DNA of 64,000 nucleotides, taken from positions 64,001-128,000 of the forward strand of contig CAVVYR010000004.1 of assembly GCA_963752475.1 (NCBI GenBank), written 5' to 3'. Under the pieces are notes generated by a model that saw only the letters and a program-made list of their open reading frames with translations, was not told the origin of the DNA and did no database searches. Both the position numbers and the translations under genes were made by a program. Shown one piece after another: positions 40,089-50,861 of the stretch (its first letter is position 1; every line of letters starts with the position of its first letter). This stretch comes from an uncultured Chloroflexia bacterium. GTDB lineage: Bacteria > Chloroflexota > Limnocylindria > Limnocylindrales > CSP1-4.

Positions 40089-40718
40089 CTAGTCGTCGTG
40101 GACTTCGCCGCTCAGGGCCTCCCGACCTTCCCGAACGAGCAGGACGACGATGGCCAGTGCCGCGACCGGGTCAGCCCACCACCAACCGAGAAGCGCGTTG
40201 AGCGCGAGGCCGGCCAAGGCCACGGCGGACAGATACCAGCAGGCGCGGGTCTGGTGCGAGTCCGCGATCAGCGCTCGACTGCCCAGCGCCTCCCCGACGC
40301 GGAGCTTGGCATTGGCCAGCCAGAGCATGACGCCGATCGACACTGCGGTGAGGACGATGCCGACCGGGCTGGCGTCCGGCGCCTCGGCCGTGATGAGCGT
40401 TCTGACCGACTCGAAGGCGACGTAGGCCGCGAGGATCATGAACGAGACGCCGACGAGCAGCTCCGCTCGTCGTTCGACGCGTTCGATGCCCTCTTCGTCG
40501 AGGCGGCCCTGCTCTTCGGTCCGCAACCGCCAGATGAGCACGACGCCGGAGATGGTCTCGACGATGCTGTCGACGCCGAAGGCGATGAGGGCGATCGATC
40601 CGCTGGCCAGGCCGGCGAGGATGGCCACCAGCCCCTCGATGACGTTCCAGCCGACGGTCAGGTATTCGAGCAGCAGCCCACGCCGGATGAGCGACGGGCG
40701 TGCCAAGGACGGGTCCAT
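40089..40718 (-). CDS. cation efflux (CDF-like) transporter
   Basis: TVGWNVIEG, FGVDS, ALIADS, WWADP. Confidence 0.82.
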   Translation of the reverse strand: MDPSLARPSLIRRGLLLEYLTVGWNVIEGLVAILAGLASGSIALIAFGVDSIVETISGVVLIWRLRTEEQGRLDEEGIERVERRAELLVGVSFMILAAYVAFESVRTLITAEAPDASPVGIVLTAVSIGVMLWLANAKLRVGEALGSRALIADSHQTRACWYLSAVALAGLALNALLGWWWADPVAALAIVVLLVREGREALSGEVHDD

Positions 40719-40724
40719 CGGCAT

Positions 40725-40731
40725 TACGATA
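40725..40731. promoter_or_regulatory. overlapping bidirectional -10 elements
   Basis: TACGAT on + strand and TATCGT on - strand, each 7 nt from an ATG. Confidence 0.6.
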
Positions 40732-40737
40732 CGCGGC

Positions 40738-43044
40738 ATGACGGATCGAGCCCCACAGCAACACGCCTCCGCCGAGAGCCCGGTCGTGCTCACGCCACCC
40801 GCTCCCGGCGAGGCCGCGGCGCCCACGCTCGGCATCGCGACCACGCTGCCGTTGCGACGCGAAGGCCGCGAGAAGCTCACCGGTGAGGCCAAGTACACCG
40901 ACGACCTCGTCTTCCCCGGCGCCTGGTACGGCGCGGCCATCCGGTCGACCGACGCGCACGCCAAGCTGCTCGGTCTGGAGCAGGACCCCGACTTCGACTG
41001 GTCGAGGGTCGTGGTCATGACGGCTGCCGACATCCCCGGCGAGAACACCGTCAGCATCATCATCGAGGACATGCCGGCGCTGGCCGAGGGCGAGATCGCC
41101 CACCATGCACAGCCGGTCGCGCTGGTGGCGGCGCCGGACAAGGCCACCCTGCGCGAGGCCAGGAAGCGCATCCGCCCGCTGACCGAGCCATTGGCGCCGG
41201 TCTTCGATCCCGAGGAGTCGGAGCACCAGTTCGCGGCCTACGAGATCACCAAGGGGGACCCGGACGCCGCCTTCGAGCAGGCCACGCTCATCGTGCAGGG
41301 CGAGTACCGCGTCGGCCACCAGGAGCAGCTCTACATCGAGAACCAGGCCATGATCGCCGAGCCCCGAGAGGACGGCGGCATCACCATCACGGGGTCTATG
41401 CAGTGTCCGTACTACGTGCATAGCGCGCTCAAGCGAGCCCTCGACCTGACCGACGAGCAGGCCGTGATCACGCAGGCCGAGACCGGCGGCGGCTTCGGGG
41501 GCAAGGAGGACTACCCCTCGGTCCTGGCTATCCACGCGGCATTGCTGGCGCAACGCGTGGGGAAGCCGGTGCGCATGATCTACGACCGCCACGAGGACAT
41601 CGCCGCGACGACGAAGCGACACCCGGCGCTGGTGCGCTACAAGTCGGGCGTGTCGGCTGCGGGCGAGCTCATCGCCCAGGAGATCGAGGTCGTGATGGAC
41701 GGCGGCGCGTACTGCACGCTCTCGCCGGTGGTGCTCTCGCGCGGCGTGCTTCACTCCGGTGGCCCGTACGAGTGCCCCAACGTCCACATCAAGGGCCGCT
41801 CGATGGCCACCAACACGCCGCCCAACGGCGCCTTCCGCGGCTTCGGCGCGCCGCAGGTCGGGTTCGCTCACGAGGTCCAGCTGTCACGTATCGCGCATGA
41901 GCTGGACGTCTCGCCGGCCGAGCTCCGGCAGCGCTGGATCTACCGCGAGGGCGGCACCACGCCGTCCGGCCAGGTGCTGCGCGAGTCGGTCGCAGCGGAT
42001 GAGGTCCTGCGCGAGGCCACGGAGGCCGCCGACTACGCAGGCGTGCTCGAGGTCAGCCGACAGACTCGCGGCGTGCGCTGGGGCCAGGCCGAGGAGGCTG
42101 GCGCAAGCTTCAACTCGACGCGCGTGCGATCCGCCTCAGGCATCGGCATCGCCATGGGTTGGCACGGCGCCGGCTTCACGGGCAGCGGCGAGCAGCGGAT
42201 GGGCAGCACCGCTGGCGTCGAGCTGGGGGCCGACGGCGTCGTCCGGCTGCTCATCGCCAACACCGAGATCGGCCAGGGCACCAACACCGTCATGCCCATG
42301 ATCGTGGCCGAGGTGCTGGGTGTGGAACCGTCGGAGGTCGAGCTCGCCCCGGTCGACACCTCGGTGGTCCCCAACAGCGGCCCGACCGTCGCCTCCCGGA
42401 CCGTGATGGTCGTGGGCGGGCTCGTCTCGAAGGCCGCGGCCAGGCTTCGGACGATCGTGGAAGAGCGCTCCGGGGGCTCGTTCGCTGACGTGTACAAGGC
42501 GGATGCCGCCGCGAATGGCGCCACGCGCATCGACCAGCAGTACGAGTCGGAGGTGGAGGTCGAGTTCGACGAGGAGACCCACACCGGCGATGCCTATCCC
42601 GCCTTCGGCTGGGCCTGCGCTGTGGCCAAGGTGGACGTGGACCTCGACACCGGAGAGGTGCGGGTGCGCTCGGTCGTCTCGGCCGACGATGTCGGGCGGG
42701 TCATCCATCCCCTGCTGGCCGAGGGCCAGGTCGAGGGCGGCACGCTCCAGGCGGTCGGATACGGCACCATCGAGGAGATGAAGGTGCAGGACGGACGCTA
42801 TCTCAACGACCGGCTCGCGACGTACATCATCCCGACCTCGATGGACGCGCCGGATATCACCGCCATCCTCGTGGAGGCGCCGTTCAGCGGCTCGCCACAC
42901 GGGGCCAAGGGCGTCGGAGAGCTGCCCATGAACGTGGCAGCACCGGCGGTCGTCGACGCCATCCACGACGCGGTCGGTGTGTGGATCACCGAGCTGCCGG
43001 CGACGGCAGAGAAGATCCTCGCGGCCATGGAGTCGGAAGCATGA
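40738..43044 (+). CDS. xanthine dehydrogenase family molybdopterin-binding subunit
   Basis: KLTGEAKYTDD, GGGFGGK, AFRGFG, GQVEGG, AKGVGE. Confidence 0.92.
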   Translation: MTDRAPQQHASAESPVVLTPPAPGEAAAPTLGIATTLPLRREGREKLTGEAKYTDDLVFPGAWYGAAIRSTDAHAKLLGLEQDPDFDWSRVVVMTAADIPGENTVSIIIEDMPALAEGEIAHHAQPVALVAAPDKATLREARKRIRPLTEPLAPVFDPEESEHQFAAYEITKGDPDAAFEQATLIVQGEYRVGHQEQLYIENQAMIAEPREDGGITITGSMQCPYYVHSALKRALDLTDEQAVITQAETGGGFGGKEDYPSVLAIHAALLAQRVGKPVRMIYDRHEDIAATTKRHPALVRYKSGVSAAGELIAQEIEVVMDGGAYCTLSPVVLSRGVLHSGGPYECPNVHIKGRSMATNTPPNGAFRGFGAPQVGFAHEVQLSRIAHELDVSPAELRQRWIYREGGTTPSGQVLRESVAADEVLREATEAADYAGVLEVSRQTRGVRWGQAEEAGASFNSTRVRSASGIGIAMGWHGAGFTGSGEQRMGSTAGVELGADGVVRLLIANTEIGQGTNTVMPMIVAEVLGVEPSEVELAPVDTSVVPNSGPTVASRTVMVVGGLVSKAAARLRTIVEERSGGSFADVYKADAAANGATRIDQQYESEVEVEFDEETHTGDAYPAFGWACAVAKVDVDLDTGEVRVRSVVSADDVGRVIHPLLAEGQVEGGTLQAVGYGTIEEMKVQDGRYLNDRLATYIIPTSMDAPDITAILVEAPFSGSPHGAKGVGELPMNVAAPAVVDAIHDAVGVWITELPATAEKILAAMESEA

Positions 43045-43552
43045 CCGCCGTGCGCGAGGGTTCGGCGGGGAATGGCAGTACGTACCGCTTCACGCTGAAT
43101 GGTGAGCCTCGCGAAGTATCGGTGCCGGGTATGCGCCGACTGCTCGATGTCGTGCGCGAGGAGCTCGGGTTGACCGGCACCAAGGAAGGCTGCGGTGAGG
43201 GCGAGTGCGGCGCTTGCACGATCATCCTCGACGGCATGGTCGTGGACAGCTGCCTGGTGCCGGTGTGTCAGGCCGATGGCTCGGAGATCCGTACGGTCGA
43301 GGGCCTGTCCGAAGCGCAGGCAGAGGCCTTGAACCCGCTGCAGCAGGCTTTCCTGGAGTACGGCGGAGCCCAGTGCGGCATCTGTACGCCGGGCATGCTG
43401 ATGTCGGCGCAGGCGTACCTCGAAGATGGCGGCTCAGCCGATGAGGACGACATCCGCGAGGCCATCGCCGGCAATCTTTGTCGCTGCACCGGCTATACCA
43501 AGATCATCGACGCCATCGAGGCCGCGGCCCTGGCGCGTGAGGGCGACGCCTG

Positions 43553-43553
<1 letters not shown>
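43041..43553 (+). CDS. xanthine dehydrogenase family [2Fe-2S] subunit
   Basis: KEGCGEGECGAC, QCGICTPG, NLCRCTGY. Confidence 0.95.
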
Positions 43554-44404
<851 letters not shown>

Positions 44405-45026
44405 TCAGTCCTGACCGAGCCTGGCGAGTTCGTCGGGCGTGTCGACATCGGGCATCTTTCCGCCGACCTTGACCTCCAGGACCGCGTCCGCACGCTGGGC
44501 GAGCGTCGAGCCCAGGCCGCGGTCGCCTTCGATCTCGTCGACCCAAGCCCAGGCCGGACGGAGCAGCAGCACCGGGTTGCGCGAGCCGGGCGCGTCGTAG
44601 CGGGGTACGACGGCCGCTGGGTCAGCCGGTCGGGCCGTGGCCGCCGCAGCCTCGAGCGCACGCATCGTGTCGGCCCGCAGCAGCGGCTGATCCCCGAGCA
44701 CGATGAAGGCGCCATCGAACGCATCTGGCAGTGCGCGCAGCGCATCGATAGCCACCTGCAGCGACGAAGCCAGGCCACGCTCCGGAGCATGGTTGCGCAC
44801 GCGCAACTCATCGGCCCAGGTGAGGGCATCCTCGATCGCCGGCGGCGCCTTCACCAAGCACGACGACGGTCACCGCGGGCCCATAGGCACGCACCTCCTC
44901 GAGCACGTGCTGCAGCACCGGCCGACCATCCAGCCGTGCGACCAACTTGGCCCCAGGCTCGTCGGAGAAGCGCGACCCGGCACCAGCCGCGAGCACGATC
45001 ACCCCAAGACGTAGTCGACGTTGCAC
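44405..45026 (-). CDS. mocA: molybdenum cofactor cytidylyltransferase-like nucleotidyltransferase; frameshift near 44845
   Basis: VLAAGAGSRF..K, LGDQP, NPVL, GDRG, DVDTPDE. Confidence 0.8.
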
Positions 45027-45117
45027 GAACCCGACCCTACACGCGAGCAAAGCTTGAGTGAAGCGTCGCGCAACGCACGATAAGCGGGGTCGAAGCGCGC
45101 GCGGTCATCCTGCAGGC

Positions 45118-45804
45118 ATGGCGACTTGGGAATCAGCCCGAGCGATGGGCAATCGACGCGCGCGGTCGCTCGCGCATGCGATCGGCCGGGAGTTGCTCGA
45201 CGCTCGATTGGCCGCGGGGCTCAGCCAGGGCTCGGTCGCACGCGCCGCGGGCCTGCACCAGTCGCGCATCAGTCGGACCGAGCGCAGCGTCGCACCGCTC
45301 CCTCGGCTGGACGAACTGGCGCGTCATTGTGCTGTGCTCGGTCAAGAGCTCGGCGCACGCTCCTTTCCCGTCGGCTCGCCGGTTCGCGACGCAGCACAGC
45401 GAGACCTGCTCACGGCGCTGCAGGCAATGGTCACCGGACTGTTCCGCTGGCGCTTCGAGGTCGGACTCGACATCCCGGGTGACAAGCGCGCCTGGGATGC
45501 GTGGCTGGACGGCCCCGGGGACATCGCCATCGACGCTGAGACGAGGCTCCGCGACGTGCAGGATCTACAACGCAAGCTCGAGCTGAAGTTGCGTGACAGC
45601 GGCTCGCCAAGGCTGGTCCTCTTGGTCTCGGCCACCAGACACAACCGGCGTGTCGTCCGTGAGCATCGAGAAGCGCTCAGGAGCACCCTGCCCTTGGACT
45701 CGCGTGACGTGCTCGCCGCCCTCCGGGCCGGCAAGGTACCGTCCGCCAACGGCATCGCTTTCGTGCGGCCGGCATCCTGGGATCGCTCATCCCTCCGGGC
45801 CTAG
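45118..45804 (+). CDS. XRE HTH protein with a C-terminal restriction-endonuclease-like domain
   Basis: GLSQGSVARAAGLHQSRISRTE HTH; WRFEV..RAWD..IDAETRL PD-(D/E)xK-like core. Confidence 0.65.
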   Translation: MATWESARAMGNRRARSLAHAIGRELLDARLAAGLSQGSVARAAGLHQSRISRTERSVAPLPRLDELARHCAVLGQELGARSFPVGSPVRDAAQRDLLTALQAMVTGLFRWRFEVGLDIPGDKRAWDAWLDGPGDIAIDAETRLRDVQDLQRKLELKLRDSGSPRLVLLVSATRHNRRVVREHREALRSTLPLDSRDVLAALRAGKVPSANGIAFVRPASWDRSSLRA

Positions 45805-45941
45805 GCTGACGCTCGGGGGTGCCATTCGAGCCTATTTCGGGCGTCATGCCAACCCGCGGAGCCTCAACGGCGTTTGGGGAGACGATCGAGTACCCGCAGG
45901 ATGGCCTGACGCTGGAGAGCGGGTCTCGAGCGTCAGCCTAG
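45801..45941. mobile_element. MITE/REP-like hairpin element, copy 2
   Basis: CTAGGCTGACGCTCG ... CGAGCGTCAGCCTAG; shares internal GCGTCAT, GACGATCGAGT and TGACGCT with copy 1. Confidence 0.7.
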
Positions 45942-45990
45942 GCTGGGGAGGATGGTGGGAGGTGGTGGCAGCCGGGCTTCGGCCGCAGGC

Positions 45991-46115
45991 GGGCAGCGGG
46001 AGGGTGGTGGCAGCGGCAGCCGGGCAGCGGGAGGATGGTGGCAGCGGCAGCCGGGCAGCGGGAGGGTGGTGGCAGCACTCGGCTGCTCGGGCAGCGGCAG
46101 CCGGGCAGCGGGAGG
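45991..46115. repeat. 31-bp G-rich tandem repeat (about 2.8 copies plus a partial)
   Basis: GGGCAGCGGGAGG(G/A)TGGTGGCAGCGGCAGCC at 45991, 46022 and 46053. Confidence 0.85.
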
Positions 46116-46201
46116 TCGGCGGCTCGGGCTGCGGCACTCGGCGGCACACCGTGGGCAGCCAGTGCCTCTGTCCGATGGCACCCGACCGCGAGCTACGCCG
46201 C

Positions 46202-47200
46202 TCAGTTCAGGTCGATGGCGATGATGGAGGGGCCGTGCTTGACGGTCCCCTCAGGGCCGATGGCCTGGTTGCTGACGTACGCCACCAGGCCCTCTTCGCC
46301 CTCATACAGGGCCACGCTCGATGGGCCGGAGAGACCGTCGTCCACGTCTGCCACTGCCGAGATCTCGCCCTCGGGGTCGACCTTCCAGAGGGTGTGGTTG
46401 GACGGGTCAGCCACGTACAGGTAGCCGGCCTCGTCGAAGGCGATGCCATCGGGTGAGGTGCCGGGCAGCTCGGCGTAGACGAACGGCTCGCCGGCAGCAC
46501 CACCCCCGAGGATCGGGACACCGACCACGGTTCCCTGCTCGGTCACGGCGACGAAGACCGTGCCGTCGCGGACCGCCACACCGTTCGCTCCGACCGGGAA
46601 CGGGAAGGGCAACGCACCCGTTCCCTCAAGGAGTGGATCGTCGATCCACACCTCGGGCTCGGCGTAGCCGACGAACCCAAAGAGCTTCAGGCGCCAGATC
46701 TGACCCGTGGCCGAGTCAGACACGTACATGTGTTCGGCCGACTCATCGAAAGCGATGGCGTTGGCCATGGCCATCTGCTCCGTGCCTTCGATATGCCACC
46801 ACTCGTTGCCCGGATCGGAGCGCCCGTACGGGTCAAGCACGTGCACGCCGTTGAGCGCCGGGTCGGACGACACCACCGCTGTATACAGCCCGTGCATGTA
46901 TTGGTCCCGGTCACCGTTCAGCGCCATCCCGGTAAGACCGAAGTCGCCCTCTTGGAGCCCATCGAGTACGAAGAATGACTCGGCTTCGTCACTACCCCTC
47001 GCCAGCTTCAGGAAGCGGCCCTGGCTGGAGATGCCCGTGAAGACGTTGCCCTCCAGATCCACCGCTACGCCCTCGGCCACCTCGCCCGCTTCCAGATCGA
47101 ACGGGATGACCACGCGCGCGTGATCGTCGCCCGCGACGGCCCCGGCCAACGCCAGGGTCGCCGCCATGCCTACAGCAAGACCGTGGATCAGGCGCTTCAT
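46202..47200 (-). CDS. secreted SMP-30/gluconolactonase-like beta-propeller
   Basis: GGAGG RBS; signal peptide; AEGVA, ANAIAFD, ANGVA, PDGIAFD. Confidence 0.8.
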   Translation of the reverse strand: MKRLIHGLAVGMAATLALAGAVAGDDHARVVIPFDLEAGEVAEGVAVDLEGNVFTGISSQGRFLKLARGSDEAESFFVLDGLQEGDFGLTGMALNGDRDQYMHGLYTAVVSSDPALNGVHVLDPYGRSDPGNEWWHIEGTEQMAMANAIAFDESAEHMYVSDSATGQIWRLKLFGFVGYAEPEVWIDDPLLEGTGALPFPFPVGANGVAVRDGTVFVAVTEQGTVVGVPILGGGAAGEPFVYAELPGTSPDGIAFDEAGYLYVADPSNHTLWKVDPEGEISAVADVDDGLSGPSSVALYEGEEGLVAYVSNQAIGPEGTVKHGPSIIAIDLN

Positions 47201-47312
47201 CTCAACCTCCTCGCGCAGCGCGCGGTCGTCGAGCACCCTCGTGCCCCCTGTCGACTTAGTGGGGACAGACGCGGACACGGGTTCCAAATCCGCGGACGGC
47301 TACCATGCAGCG

Positions 47313-48779
47313 GTGACCGAAGCGCCGAAGTACACGAACCGCCTCATCCACGAGACCAGCCCCTACCTGCTCCAACACGCTCACAACCCGGTGAACTGGT
47401 ATCCGTGGGGCGAGGAGGCGCTGGCTCGGGCCAAGGAGCTCGACCAGCCCATCTTCCTCAGCATCGGCTACGCCGCCTGTCATTGGTGCCACGTGATGGA
47501 GCGCGAGTCGTTCGAGGACGAGGACACCGCTGCCGAGCTCAACGCCGCCTTCGTGCCGGTGAAGGTCGACCGCGAGGAGCGGCCCGACCTCGACAGCATC
47601 TACATGGACGCGCTGCAGGCGCTCACCGGCCAAGGCGGCTGGCCCATGAGCATGTTCCTTACGCCTGAAGGTCTCCCCTTCTACGGCGGTACCTACTTCC
47701 CCGACAAGCCCCGTCACGGCATGCCCGCCTTCCGCGTGCTCCTCGCTCGCATCGCCGACGTCTGGGACGACCGACGCGAGTGGGTCGAGTCGACCGCGAC
47801 GAAGCTGGCCGACCGCGTCCGAGAGGGCCAGGACGCCCCTGCCCGACTCCTCGCGGCCCTCTCCGAGCTCCCCGAGGTGGACCCGGCCCACCGCCTCGAC
47901 GACGCCACCAAGGGCATGCTCAAGTCGTTCGATCCTGTGAACGGCGGCTGGGGCGAAGCGCCGAAGTTCCCGCAGGCGATGTCGATCGAGTACCTCCTGC
48001 GCGAACACCTGCGGACCGGCGCCAAGGAGCCCCGACTGGTGGCTGAACGCACGCTCGACGCCATGGCCGCGGGCGGTATCTATGACCACCTCGGTGGCGG
48101 CTTCGCGCGCTACTCCACGGACGCCGCCTGGCTCGTGCCGCACTTCGAGAAGATGCTCTACGACAACGCCCTGCTCGCCCGTGCCTACGCCCATGCCGCA
48201 GAGCTCAGCGGTGACGCGAGCTATGGCTACTACGCGCGCGAAACGCTCGACTTCGTAGCCCACGAGATGCGCAACCCTCCCGGCGGTGCGTTCGCAGCCT
48301 CCCTCGACGCCGACACCGAAGGGATCGAGGGCGCGACGTACACCTGGGACGCCACCGAGGTGCGCGAGCTCCTGGGCGATGCTGCACCGCTGTTCGAGGA
48401 TGCCTACGGTGTGACCGACGGAGGTAACTGGGAGGGCCGCACGATCCTCAACCGTGTTCGCGGCGACACCGACCTCGCGGTCGAGCACGAACGGCCTCGC
48501 GATGAGATCGCCGAGGAGCTGGCCGAGGCGCGGACCCAGCTGCTTCGAGCCCGCGACGAACGACCGCAGCCCGCGCGCGATGACAAGGTGCTGACCAGTT
48601 GGAACGGGCTGATGATCGCCGCCTTCGCCGACGCCGGCCAAGCCCTCGCTGAGCCCTCCTTCGTGCGTATCGCGACCGAAGCGGCCGACTTCATCCTCGA
48701 CCAGCTCCGAGCGCCGGGTCCGGACGCAGAGACCGAGCCAGAGCACACGCCAGAGCCAGAGCCGGAGCACGAGGCGTGA
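47313..48779 (+). CDS. YyaL/SSP411 (SPATA20) family protein, N-terminal part
   Basis: [59 protein letters not shown]. Confidence 0.9.
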   Translation: MTEAPKYTNRLIHETSPYLLQHAHNPVNWYPWGEEALARAKELDQPIFLSIGYAACHWCHVMERESFEDEDTAAELNAAFVPVKVDREERPDLDSIYMDALQALTGQGGWPMSMFLTPEGLPFYGGTYFPDKPRHGMPAFRVLLARIADVWDDRREWVESTATKLADRVREGQDAPARLLAALSELPEVDPAHRLDDATKGMLKSFDPVNGGWGEAPKFPQAMSIEYLLREHLRTGAKEPRLVAERTLDAMAAGGIYDHLGGGFARYSTDAAWLVPHFEKMLYDNALLARAYAHAAELSGDASYGYYARETLDFVAHEMRNPPGGAFAASLDADTEGIEGATYTWDATEVRELLGDAAPLFEDAYGVTDGGNWEGRTILNRVRGDTDLAVEHERPRDEIAEELAEARTQLLRARDERPQPARDDKVLTSWNGLMIAAFADAGQALAEPSFVRIATEAADFILDQLRAPGPDAETEPEHTPEPEPEHEA

Positions 48780-49471
48780 CCCAGGCCACCGAGCTCATCG
48801 TCTCGATCCACGTGCCCAAGACCGGCGGCGAGACCTTCCGCGACATCCTCGAAGCGCTCACCGAAGGCCACCTGCAGCGAGACTACGGTGACCGGCCGCT
48901 GGCGCCCATGACCATCCGGCAGCGCATCCGCCTGGCCACGGCCCGGCCGCAGCTGGAGCCCGGCACGCGCGCGGTCCACGGTCACTTCATCGCCACCAAG
49001 TACTGGCGGCGCTACCCCGAGGCCCGCTACATGGCCTGGTTCCGCGAGCCGATCGAGCGCCTGGCCTCGCACTACCACTACTGGAAGCGCAAGCCCGATC
49101 GCAAGAACCCGACCTGCCGGAAGCTCATCGAAGAGGATCTCTCACTGTCGGGCTTCGCGGGGCTGCCCGAGATGCGTGACGTGCAGGCTCGCTTCCTCGG
49201 CGAGGTCCCGCCCGAGCGCCTGGCCTTCGTCGGCATCACCGAGCGCTACGGCGAATCGATCGACCTCTTCCGCCGCGCCTTCTACCCGGCCATGCCGTCG
49301 ACCGCGGAGCACGTCAACGCCAACCCCGAGCGCGATGGTGAGCGCTACCAGCTCGACCCCGCCGTCCGCGGCGAGATCGAACGACTCAACGCCGCCGATA
49401 CGAAGCTCTACGAGGCGGCGCTGGTCCGCTTCGAGACGCTCCTCGCGACGCATCCGGAGCCCAGCGCATGA
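48776..49471 (+). CDS. sulfotransferase family (Sulfotransfer_2-like) protein
   Basis: 5'-[12 protein letters not shown]; 3'-[14 protein letters not shown]; FVGITERY; LNAAD..LY. Confidence 0.85.
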   Translation: MTQATELIVSIHVPKTGGETFRDILEALTEGHLQRDYGDRPLAPMTIRQRIRLATARPQLEPGTRAVHGHFIATKYWRRYPEARYMAWFREPIERLASHYHYWKRKPDRKNPTCRKLIEEDLSLSGFAGLPEMRDVQARFLGEVPPERLAFVGITERYGESIDLFRRAFYPAMPSTAEHVNANPERDGERYQLDPAVRGEIERLNAADTKLYEAALVRFETLLATHPEPSA

Positions 49472-50160
49472 GCCGCCGAACGCTGCGTTCCTGGAAAGAC
49501 GGTCGGGCCCAGCACGACGGCACGCTGGAGGACTACGCCAACCTCGCCGAGGGGTTGCTCACGCTCTATCAGACCACGTTCGAGGAGCGCTTCTTCACCG
49601 CTGCGAGGGAGCTGGCAGACGCCATCCTCGACCACTTCGAAGCTCCCGAAGGCGGCTTCTTCGACACGGCCGACGACGCCGAGGAGTTGATGGCCCGACC
49701 GCGCAACCTGCAGGACAACGCGGTGCCCTCGGGTGGCGCCATGGCCACGACGGTGCTGCTGAAGCTGGCCGCCTTCACCGGCGACGCTCGCTATCGCGAT
49801 GCGGCCGAACGTGCCCTCGCGCCGATCGTCGGCATCGCCGCCCAGCACCCCACCGGCTTCGCCCAGTGGCTCCAGGCCTACCAGCTCGCGAGCAGTCCCA
49901 TCGACGAGATCGCCATCGTCGGTGATCCCGCCGCGGAGGACACCGGGGCCCTGCTCGCGATGGCCCGTGATGGCTTCCGGCCGAACCAGGTCATCGCCGT
50001 CTCAGCGGACCCCGCCGGCAGCGCCGTCCCGCTGCTCCACGACCGCCTCATGCTCGACGGTGCCGCCACCGCCTACCTCTGCCGCGGCTTCGCCTGCCAG
50101 CGCCCCACGACCGACCCGACCGAGCTGGCCAGCCAACTCAAGGCGGCTCGCTCGTCGTAG
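49468..50160 (+). CDS. YyaL/SSP411 family protein, C-terminal part
   Basis: LRSWKDG..GTLEDYA, GGFFDT, QDNAVPSG, AYLCRGFACQRP. Confidence 0.88.
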   Translation: MSRRTLRSWKDGRAQHDGTLEDYANLAEGLLTLYQTTFEERFFTAARELADAILDHFEAPEGGFFDTADDAEELMARPRNLQDNAVPSGGAMATTVLLKLAAFTGDARYRDAAERALAPIVGIAAQHPTGFAQWLQAYQLASSPIDEIAIVGDPAAEDTGALLAMARDGFRPNQVIAVSADPAGSAVPLLHDRLMLDGAATAYLCRGFACQRPTTDPTELASQLKAARSS

Positions 50161-50189
50161 GCTAGGGACATGCACTCCCACTGCGTCGC

Positions 50190-50858
50190 ATGACGACTTC
50201 CCGCGCCCCACGCGCCATCATCTTCGACCTCGACGGCACCCTCGTGGACACGGTCGGCACCCGCGTCGACTCATGGATGGCCGTCTTCCCCAAGTTCGGC
50301 ATCGATCCCGAACCGGAGTTCCTGGCACCGCTCATGGGCTCCGACGGCAAGTACCTCGCGCGCATGGTGGCCGAGGAGTACGGCGTCGAGTTGCAGCCTG
50401 GCGATGACGCCGAGATCGACATCCAGGCCGGCGCCGAGTTCCGCGTGCTCAACGCCGACCCGCGCGTCCTGCCGGCGGTCGCGGAGACGCTCGAAGGCCT
50501 GACCGATCGCGGCATGCCCTGGGCGGTCGCCACCTCCAGCCTGCCCGACGACGCACGCGAATCGGTCCAGGCCATCGGGCTGCGCTCGATGCCCATCATC
50601 TGCGACGGGGCCGATGTCGAACACGCCAAGCCCGCGCCGGACCTGCTGATCAAGGCCGCCGGACTGCTGAACGTGGAGCCCGCCGAGACCTGGTACGTGG
50701 GCGACTCCAAGTGGGACATGGTCGCGGCCAAGGCCGCCGGCATGCGCGCTATCGCGGTGCTCACCGGAGCCACCAGCGCCGAGGTCCTGGCCGACTCCGG
50801 CGCTGACGTCGTCTACGCCACGATGGCCGAGTTCCAGGCAGAGATCCCGCCGGCCTAG
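50190..50858 (+). CDS. HAD family phosphatase
   Basis: FDLDGTLVD, ATS, KPAPD, VGDSKWD. Confidence 0.92.
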   Translation: MTTSRAPRAIIFDLDGTLVDTVGTRVDSWMAVFPKFGIDPEPEFLAPLMGSDGKYLARMVAEEYGVELQPGDDAEIDIQAGAEFRVLNADPRVLPAVAETLEGLTDRGMPWAVATSSLPDDARESVQAIGLRSMPIICDGADVEHAKPAPDLLIKAAGLLNVEPAETWYVGDSKWDMVAAKAAGMRAIAVLTGATSAEVLADSGADVVYATMAEFQAEIPPA

Positions 50859-50861
50859 AGC

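Noticed and set aside
45945-46140. Repeat tract as a CRISPR array
   Set aside because: Units are directly adjacent with no unique spacers, and there are no cas genes.
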